Source: Planctomycetia bacterium
GTDB lineage: Bacteria; Planctomycetota; Planctomycetia; Pirellulales; S012-138
DNA: 56,874 nt
Assembly (NCBI GenBank): GCA_016177915.1
Contig: JACOUI010000377.1
Location: 1-56,874 of the forward strand
Direction of reading: 5' to 3'
The translations under genes and the position numbers were made by a program. Positions within the stretch are counted from its first letter, which is position 1, and each line of letters opens with the position of its first letter. Under the pieces are notes generated by a model. It was not told where the DNA came from, ran no database searches, and was given only the letters and a program-made list of their open reading frames with translations. This document shows positions 41,930-48,945 of this stretch, piece after piece.

Positions 41930-43081
41930 ATGAAACGGCTGACGGAGTTATGGGCCGCGCTGAAACGCGTCTTGGGACGTGAAGACGGCGGCGAGCGCCG
42001 CTCGAGCTGGGTCACCCGACAGGGCCTGGTGCGCGTGCCGGTCCGGAAGCAGCCGTCCGACCGTCAGGTCCCACCGCAGCGGCACGCATCGTCGGCCTGG
42101 CTGATCGCGCTATTGCTGGCAAGCCTGGCCATCGGCCCCGCCGCTTACGCCGAGGAAAGCGCCGCTCCCACGACGGCCCTTCCCGCCGCCCTCACGAAGC
42201 GCGTCCCGGAAAACCTGGACGACCTGCGGCAAATCGAAAAGCACGTCGAGGGCCTGTCAGACAAGCTCATTGGGTACACCGTCCACGTCTCGATCGGTAG
42301 CGCCCAGGGCAGCGGCGTCCTCATCGGCAACGAAGGCTACGTCCTCACCGCCGGACACGTCTCCGGCCGGCCCGGCCGGAACGTTTCGATCACTTTTCAC
42401 GACGGCCGCCGCGTGCAGGGAATCACCATGGGCCGCAACCAGAGCATCGACAGCGGCCTGATCAAGATCACCGACGAGGTCACCGACGGCGGCGAGTGGC
42501 AAGGCGCTGAAATGGGCGCCTCCGACACGGTCCATCGCGGCGACTGGTGCCTGTGCCTGGGACATCCCGGCGGATACCAGAAAGACCGGCCCCCCGTCCT
42601 CCGCCTGGGCCGCGTCCTGCGCGCCGATGAAACCGTCATCCGCACCGACTGCCCGCTCGTGGGCGGCGACTCCGGCGGTCCGCTGTTCGACATGAACGGC
42701 AAGGTGATCGGCATCCACAGCCGCATCGCCGCCCCGACCACGGCCAACTTTCACGTGCCCATCGTCACCTACAGCCAGACCTGGGACCGCCTAGTCGCCA
42801 ACGAGGAGTGGAGCGACACGCCCAGCGGGCCGGTCATCGGCATTCGCGGCCAGGACGACGAAAAAGGCTGCCTCGTCACCGAGGCCTTTCCGGACAAGCC
42901 CGCCGCCGCCGCCGGCCTGAAAATGGGCGACATCATCACGCACTTCGACGGCCAGGAGATCAGCAGCCTGGCCGGGCTGATCCTGCAAATGAGCAAACAC
43001 AAGGTGGGGGAGGAGATCGAGATCGAATACCTGCGTGGGGAGGAGACGAAGACCGTCAAACTCGTCCTGGCCAGCCGGTAA
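41930..43081 (+). CDS. HtrA/DegP-like trypsin-fold serine protease with PDZ domain
   Basis: Intact triad contexts are YVLTAGHV (His), SIDSGLIKI (Asp) and GGDSGGPLFD (Ser). PDZ-like GLKMGDIITHFDGQEISS. Confidence 0.85.
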   Translation: MKRLTELWAALKRVLGREDGGERRSSWVTRQGLVRVPVRKQPSDRQVPPQRHASSAWLIALLLASLAIGPAAYAEESAAPTTALPAALTKRVPENLDDLRQIEKHVEGLSDKLIGYTVHVSIGSAQGSGVLIGNEGYVLTAGHVSGRPGRNVSITFHDGRRVQGITMGRNQSIDSGLIKITDEVTDGGEWQGAEMGASDTVHRGDWCLCLGHPGGYQKDRPPVLRLGRVLRADETVIRTDCPLVGGDSGGPLFDMNGKVIGIHSRIAAPTTANFHVPIVTYSQTWDRLVANEEWSDTPSGPVIGIRGQDDEKGCLVTEAFPDKPAAAAGLKMGDIITHFDGQEISSLAGLILQMSKHKVGEEIEIEYLRGEETKTVKLVLASR

Positions 43082-43160
43082 GCGCCACGGACAACTTGCA
43101 AGAGAGGCAAACACCACAACGTTTACGAACGCGGCCGACAACTTTGAGCGTGCCCCACCC

Positions 43161-44201
43161 ATGATGTCGCTTCGTTTCAGTCGCCTGCCGTCGATCCTGA
43201 CATTCGCCGCGCTGTGCCTGTGCGGCGCGGAGCATTCCTTTGCGCAGAGGCGGGACCCGGTCCGCGATCAGCCGGCGGTGCGCGCCGCGTTTCGTGAGTC
43301 CGTCGTCAGCGTGCGCAAGGCCGTTGCGCGAATCGACTGCCAGGAGCGCGAGGTGGCGCTGGGCGCGGTCGTGGGACCGGACGGCTGGATCGTCACGAAA
43401 GCCAGCGAGCTTGTTGGCCCGGCCACCTGCCGCATCGGCGACAAGACCTATTCCGCCAAGCTCGCCGGCGTCCACGAAGAGTTCGATCTGGCCCTGCTCA
43501 AGATCGACGCCAAGGACCTTGCGGTCATCGAGTGGGCCAAAGACCACGTCTATCGGCCGGGGCAATGGGTCGTGACGGCCGGGCTGGGCGACGAGCCGGT
43601 GGCCGTCGGCGTCGTCAGCGTGGCGCCCCGCGCCATCCCGCCCTCGAGCATGCTGGGCGTGAGCCTGGCCGACGCCGAAGACGGCCCGCAAATCATGCAG
43701 ATCGTGCCCGACAGCGGCGCCGAAAAGGCCGGCCTGCAAGTCAGCGACATTATCACGCACGCCGACGGCCAGCGGACCGCCAGCCGCCAGGAGCTGATCA
43801 GCCACGTCCGCAAGCTGAACGTCGGCAAGACCGTGAAGCTCAAGGTCAAGCGGGGCGACAAGGAGCTGGAGATCACGGCCACTTTAGGGAAGGGCGAGGT
43901 CCATTTTCAGGACCGCCTGGGCGGCGGCTTGTCGGAACGCGCGGCCGGCTTCCCGCTGGCCCTACAGCACGACACGCTCCTGCGCCCCCGGCAGTGTGGC
44001 GGGCCGCTCGTGGACCTCGACGGCCACGTGGTGGGCATCAACATCGCCCGCGCCGGCCGCGTCAATTCCTACGCCATTCCGGCTAAGAGCGTGCAGGAGC
44101 TGCTGCCGGACCTGATGGCCGGGAAATTCGCCCCGCCGCCCTCGGCGACGACGGACGTGAAGAAGGAAGGCGAAAAGACGCCGGAGAAGACCGGCGGGTA
44201 G
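43161..44201 (+). CDS. HtrA-like trypsin-fold/PDZ protein with degenerate catalytic triad
   Basis: Signal-like MMSLRFSRLPSILTFAALCLCGAEHSFAQ. His position reads IVTKASEL (Ser codon 43404-43406). Ser position reads RQCGGPL (Cys codon 43995-43997). PDZ-like GLQVSDIITHADGQRTAS. Confidence 0.8.
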   Translation: MMSLRFSRLPSILTFAALCLCGAEHSFAQRRDPVRDQPAVRAAFRESVVSVRKAVARIDCQEREVALGAVVGPDGWIVTKASELVGPATCRIGDKTYSAKLAGVHEEFDLALLKIDAKDLAVIEWAKDHVYRPGQWVVTAGLGDEPVAVGVVSVAPRAIPPSSMLGVSLADAEDGPQIMQIVPDSGAEKAGLQVSDIITHADGQRTASRQELISHVRKLNVGKTVKLKVKRGDKELEITATLGKGEVHFQDRLGGGLSERAAGFPLALQHDTLLRPRQCGGPLVDLDGHVVGINIARAGRVNSYAIPAKSVQELLPDLMAGKFAPPPSATTDVKKEGEKTPEKTGG

Positions 44202-44207
44202 GGCGAA

Positions 44208-44344
44208 GTAGGACGGCCTTTCCAGGCCGTCAATCCGCGACGGCCCAGAAGGGCCGTCCGACAGGATCTTTCGGACTCAGAAGGGCTACGCCGACGGCCC
44301 AGAAGGGCCGTCCTACCAGACTTAGGAGCTACGCCGACGGCCGG
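44208..44344. repeat. REP-like units GTAG-GACGGCCTTTCCAGGCCGTC, two inverted CGACGGCCCAGAAGGGCCGTC(C)-xxAC units, and a fragment
   Basis: 44208-44231, 44239-44263 and 44292-44316, with a partial unit at 44329-44344. Directly after the HtrA-like stop. Confidence 0.8.
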
Positions 44345-44553
44345 CGCAGATGCTGGTAGGCGAGGATCACTTCGTAGAGGTCCGACGAGATCGCGATCTC
44401 GTCGTCCGCAAAGTCCGAAAGCCACGTCCGACGGCTGGCGTAGGCGTCGGCCAGCATCGGCAGCACGTCCGCGAGCGAAACCGTGACCGTGTTGGCCGCG
44501 GGTTTGGCGGCCTGTTCGGGACCGTGGTACACGCGGAGGCGGTGGGCGGCCAT
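44329..44553 (-). CDS. Hypothetical small protein (74 aa)
   Basis: ATG 44553. MAAHRLRVYHGPEQ...SSDLYEVILAYQHLRRPSA. The 3' end runs into a REP fragment. Weak support. Confidence 0.35.
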   Translation of the reverse strand: MAAHRLRVYHGPEQAAKPAANTVTVSLADVLPMLADAYASRRTWLSDFADDEIAISSDLYEVILAYQHLRRPSA

Positions 44554-44727
44554 GTCGTCCTCGCTCGAAATGGGCTGCGGCGGGTTTGCTATGCTGGGGC
44601 TTGCTATCGTGCATTCCCCGGCCGCCCCTTTTATCGGCACGACCGGCCCTGACGGTTTGACGTTTGTTTGCGGGAAGCGCGAAGTTTCCGCGTGCCAGCG
44701 GCGGCGCGATAGCACCGAGCGTGACGA

Positions 44728-46017
44728 TTACGTCGACCGCTCGACGTACCCCTTTTCCGTTTTCTCGGCGATTAGCTTGTCGGCGTGCTTCCGGGCGGCG
44801 GCTTCGTCCGTGAAATTCTTGGTCTGCGTCTGGCCGTCGGTGCCGATGCGGCCGAAGCGGACGGTCACGTCGCCGCCCTCGACGGCGATCTCCCAGAACC
44901 TCGACGACTTGCCTTCGACGAACTCGAAACGGCGCGGCATGGCGGTGGCTCCTTGGACTTGAGGTTTCGTGGCCGGCGGCGAGGCGGCCTTGGGTGCGCT
45001 TGGCGGCGGCGCTTGCGCGCGCACGCGCACGAACGACGGAAACCGCGGCACACCCCGGTCCGAGAGCTCCTGGTAGCGAAAGGTGACGATGCTCCCCACC
45101 GTCGGCGGGTTTTCGCGCTCGGCGTCCGAAAGGCCCGTGCCGATCGAGAAGGCCGTCCCGTCGGGCAATTCCACGGCCAGCGCGCCCAGGCGGCCCTTGT
45201 GCCTGCCGGCGCCGGGCAAGTGCTCGACGACTTTCGCCTCCGCGTCGTGAAAGGTCTTGACCTTAAGGAGCGTCGACGACCGGCCCGCCTCGTACCGCGA
45301 GCCGGGCTGGCGGAGCATCAGCCCTTCGCCGCCGATGGCCGTCACGCGGGCCAGCTCTTCGCGCAGGTGGTCCAGGTTTTGGCAAAGCTGGTGGTCGTGC
45401 AGCTCTGCAAACGCCGGCCGCTTCGATGTCAGGCATTCGCGCAGCTCGGCCAGGCGCTCCTCGAAGGGGGCCGCGACCTTGGGCATGTCAAACACCCGGT
45501 AGCGGATTTCCCGCCAGTGGTCGCTCTTGTCCTGCCGGCGGACGATGCTTACCGTCCGCTGAAACGCCTTGCGGTCGAGCCACAGTTCGCCGTCGAGCGG
45601 GACCGCCGGCAGCCCGGCCGTGAACCACTGCGGGGCCAGAAACTCGTTTCCCAGGCGGCTCTGGAATTGCCGGCCGTCCCAGAACGCGCGGACGCCGTCG
45701 AGCTTTTCGGACATCCACCAGCCGGCCAGGTCGAGGTCGTTTTCCCAGGTCTGGGCGAGCAACAGGCCTGGCGCCGCGGCGCCAGTTTCCGCGGCCGCCT
45801 TGGCCTTTTCCGGCAGGTCCGTGCCAATGCGTTGTTTCTCGGCCGCTTCGCCGCGGAGGGCGCGGAGGTGCTTGCAGGTCCGCTTTTCGATGGCGACGGA
45901 CTGGTTGCGCCAGGCGGGGCAGGTACACGAATAGACGCCGCCGACGTTTTTCAAAACGTAGGGCAGGCGGGCGGAGCCTTGCACCTCGATCGACTGGCCG
46001 TCCTCAAGATCGGGCAT
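44728..46017 (-). CDS. ATP-dependent DNA ligase (minimal LigE-like core) with N-terminal SWIM zinc finger and C-terminal WGR domain
   Basis: ATG 46017. SWIM is CTCPAWRNQSVAIEKRTCKH. Ligase motifs are SEKLDGVRA (KxDG), LDGELW, YRVFD, EGLMLR and LLKVK. WGR is RRFEFVEGKSSRFWEIAVEGGDVTVRFGRIGTDGQTQTKNF. Confidence 0.85.
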   Translation of the reverse strand: MPDLEDGQSIEVQGSARLPYVLKNVGGVYSCTCPAWRNQSVAIEKRTCKHLRALRGEAAEKQRIGTDLPEKAKAAAETGAAAPGLLLAQTWENDLDLAGWWMSEKLDGVRAFWDGRQFQSRLGNEFLAPQWFTAGLPAVPLDGELWLDRKAFQRTVSIVRRQDKSDHWREIRYRVFDMPKVAAPFEERLAELRECLTSKRPAFAELHDHQLCQNLDHLREELARVTAIGGEGLMLRQPGSRYEAGRSSTLLKVKTFHDAEAKVVEHLPGAGRHKGRLGALAVELPDGTAFSIGTGLSDAERENPPTVGSIVTFRYQELSDRGVPRFPSFVRVRAQAPPPSAPKAASPPATKPQVQGATAMPRRFEFVEGKSSRFWEIAVEGGDVTVRFGRIGTDGQTQTKNFTDEAAARKHADKLIAEKTEKGYVERST

Positions 46018-46193
46018 GGGTGGCCTCGCTGGGCGTTTCGCGAAATGGTTTTCACCAACATGATACCGCCGGGAAACGGAGAGGCGGAGACTCTGGCACA
46101 TTGCAGGCCAATTCGCATTTGATAAGTTGGTTTCGCAGCGCTTCTGCGCGGACATCCTCGACGACCGACAGGCGATGTGCTGGAGATCCGTCA

Positions 46194-47066
46194 ATGGCTC
46201 TATCGTACGTGAAACATGAACCAATCTCACTCCGAAACCATCCGGACTTCTCGGAAGCCTGGCTGCAAAAACTGATCGTCAACGACACGACGATGCTTGG
46301 CCTTGGCGATCTCGAAGTGATCTCACGAGAGCACGTTCAGTTCGGCGGTGGACGCCTCGACCTCCTGTTGGCCGATCCGGAAAACGGCATCCGTTACGAA
46401 GTCGAATTGATGCTTGGGCCGACAGATCCCAGTCACATCATCCGCACGATTGAATACTGGGACATCGAACGTCGGCGGTACCCCGCCTACGATCATATTG
46501 CGGTCCTCGTGGCCGAGGCGGTCACGTCGCGATTCCTCAACGTGCTGAGCCTGATGTCAGGCAGCATCCCGCTGATTGCCATTCAGCTAAATGCGATGAA
46601 GTTCGGCGAGCAGATCATGCTCGACTTCGTTAAGGTGCTGGATCAACGACAGCTCCGCGAAGACGATACGGTCGAGGCCGGCAGCGAAGATGTGGACCGC
46701 GCGACCTGGGACGAACGCGTCGGAACGTCGAACATGCAAGTATGCGATCGCCTTCTGTCGATTGCGAACGAGGTCGCGCATCCGAAGTTGGAACTCAAAT
46801 ACAAGAAACGCCGCATCGGCCTATCCGTTCCCGGTCAGTTCTTCAACTCAATTGCGATTATGCCGAAGAAGAGCTTCGTTGCTGTCCGGATTCCTGTCTC
46901 GGACGCTGACGCATGGACAAAGCGACTCACGGATGGCGGTCTCGACGCCGCGCTATGGCACGGGGACCGCGTCCAGATGCGCATTTCAAGCAAGGAATTG
47001 ACGGATAACGAGACGCTACTGCGGCCGCTTATCCACCAGGCAGTGAAAGAGCATGAAGTCCAGTAA
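46194..47066 (+). CDS. PD-(D/E)xK nuclease-like protein with DUF4268/DUF5655-like C-terminal region
   Basis: ATG 46194. GGGRLDLLLADPENGIRYEVELMLGPTDPSHIIRTIEYWD resembles NucS/RecB-like nuclease cores. Locally lower GC. Confidence 0.6.
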   Translation: MALSYVKHEPISLRNHPDFSEAWLQKLIVNDTTMLGLGDLEVISREHVQFGGGRLDLLLADPENGIRYEVELMLGPTDPSHIIRTIEYWDIERRRYPAYDHIAVLVAEAVTSRFLNVLSLMSGSIPLIAIQLNAMKFGEQIMLDFVKVLDQRQLREDDTVEAGSEDVDRATWDERVGTSNMQVCDRLLSIANEVAHPKLELKYKKRRIGLSVPGQFFNSIAIMPKKSFVAVRIPVSDADAWTKRLTDGGLDAALWHGDRVQMRISSKELTDNETLLRPLIHQAVKEHEVQ

Positions 47067-47069
47067 TGC

Positions 47070-48935
47070 TCACTCCCTGCTGTGCAGCACCACCGACCCG
47101 TCCCAGTTCGCCGGGGGCTGGCGGCGGTTCTCGATGATGAAGTTGATCAAAAAGTCCTTCACCTCGTCGTTCGGCGACACCTGCTGCAACAGCGCATACG
47201 CCTCCTTCCATTGCTGGTTCACAAAGTGCGCCAGCGCCGTCTCGTAGTTCTTGACGTCCGCGTCCGATAGCTCCGAGCCTTCGCCCGCCGGCGGCAGCAG
47301 CTCCGTCACCAGCACGGGGTTGGCCATCCCGTAGGGGCAGACCTTGGCCACGTCGCGAAAGCGGGCCAGCTTGGCGGGCAGGATGCCGCGGACGGCTTCG
47401 GACGTGGGCTGATCGACGAGGATCGGCGCGTGCAAGAGCTTCGTCATGCCCTCCAGGCGCGAGGCCGTGTTCACCACGTGCCCAAACACCGTGAACTTCA
47501 CCTGGTCGCTGGTGCCGATGCCGCCGGCGACGGCCGGCCCGGTGGCCACGCCGATGCCCGCGCGGAAGCCCGCCAGCGGATGGCCCGGAAGCCGCGAAGC
47601 CGCCTCGAATTCCTGGCGGATGGCCAGGGCCGCCAGGCAGGCGGGCCTGGCGGTGGCGGCGGCGATCCGATCGGGCGCGAGGGACGATGCCGTGGCGGCG
47701 TCGTCCTCCTGGGGCGGGGGCCAGCCCCAAAAGCCCATGGCCGCGTCGCCGTGGAAATCGCCCACCACGCCGCCGTGATCGAGGATCGCGCGGGTCATGA
47801 CGCCGAGGGCCTTGCTGACGCGTTGCAACAGGCCCATCAGGTCGCCGGCGTCGGACTCGACCTTGCGCGAGAAGCCGCGGAGGTCGCAAAACAGCACCGA
47901 GACGTGCGTCTGGCAGGGCGCGAGCACTTGCTCGGCGGGTCGGTTTTGCAGCGCGCGGAGAACCGCGGGCGGAAAGAACTGGGCCATCGTCGCCTGCTGC
48001 CGCTGAAGCTGCGAGAGCTGCCGCAGCGAAGCCAGCGTGCTGGCCACGATCTCCGCAAACTTCGGGTCCTCGCGCAAATCGGCCGAGCCGGGCCGCCCCT
48101 GTTCCGAGGGAAACCGCCCGGCCACGTAAATCCCCCAGCCGCGGCAGGCCGTGCCGGGGACGGGCGTGCAAAAGGCCCAATCGAGGTTTTCCGCGACGGT
48201 GAATTGCGCGCCGCGGGGGTCGTGGCCGGCGCGCCACACGTGCAGCACGCTTTGTCTGGTGCGGATCGCCTGCACGATCAACCGGCGGCTGGGCTGAAAT
48301 TCGCTCGTGGTCACGAAGCGCTGGTCCCAGTGCAGCACGCGAACGGGGCACTCGGCGTCGGAGCGCGGCGTGGCCTGGAGCGGCGGCGCCGGTTCGTCCG
48401 TGGCCGCCCCTTCCGCCACGACGAGCGCCACCGCGCTGGCCGAGGGAATTCCCACCAGCACCATGTTCACGAGGCGCACGAAGAGCTCGTGGTCGCTGGC
48501 GGCGCCGGAGATCACCTCGGGCAGCCGGCTCAGGACCTCCAGCCGCTGCGCCGCGTCGCGGAAGCGCACGTCCTTAAGGGCCTGCGAACTGTACGACTGC
48601 TCTTCCAGCGGCCGCGGCACGTCCACAATCGCCCGCGATTGATCGACCGACAGCGTGAACCGCGTGCCGCCGATGACGAAGTGCTCGCCCGGCCGCACGC
48701 TGAAGCGGTCGGTCTCCTGGCCGTGAAAAAAGACCGGGTTCCGTCCGCTGGGCAGGCGCACGACCACCAGCTCGAGGCCTTCCCACGAGACCTGCGCGTG
48801 CTCGCCGGAAATCTGCTGGTCCCAGGGGATCGACCACGGACCGGCCGTGCGCCCCAAAGCGAACGTCTCGCCCGCGTGCAGCGGGCGCCGCCAGCGCTGA
48901 TGGGGGAGGAGTCCTTCGGCGATCAGGTCGGGCAC
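47070..48935 (-). CDS. FHA domain - sensor (GAF-like) - class III adenylate/guanylate cyclase
   Basis: GTG start at 48935. The FHA-like N-terminus is GRTAGPWSIPWDQQISGEHAQVSW...NPVFFHG. Cyclase motifs are VSVLFCDLRGFS, GDFHGDAAMGFWG and FTVFGHVVNTASRLEG. Confidence 0.9.
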   Translation of the reverse strand: MPDLIAEGLLPHQRWRRPLHAGETFALGRTAGPWSIPWDQQISGEHAQVSWEGLELVVVRLPSGRNPVFFHGQETDRFSVRPGEHFVIGGTRFTLSVDQSRAIVDVPRPLEEQSYSSQALKDVRFRDAAQRLEVLSRLPEVISGAASDHELFVRLVNMVLVGIPSASAVALVVAEGAATDEPAPPLQATPRSDAECPVRVLHWDQRFVTTSEFQPSRRLIVQAIRTRQSVLHVWRAGHDPRGAQFTVAENLDWAFCTPVPGTACRGWGIYVAGRFPSEQGRPGSADLREDPKFAEIVASTLASLRQLSQLQRQQATMAQFFPPAVLRALQNRPAEQVLAPCQTHVSVLFCDLRGFSRKVESDAGDLMGLLQRVSKALGVMTRAILDHGGVVGDFHGDAAMGFWGWPPPQEDDAATASSLAPDRIAAATARPACLAALAIRQEFEAASRLPGHPLAGFRAGIGVATGPAVAGGIGTSDQVKFTVFGHVVNTASRLEGMTKLLHAPILVDQPTSEAVRGILPAKLARFRDVAKVCPYGMANPVLVTELLPPAGEGSELSDADVKNYETALAHFVNQQWKEAYALLQQVSPNDEVKDFLINFIIENRRQPPANWDGSVVLHSRE

Positions 48936-48945
48936 GGCAAGGCCC

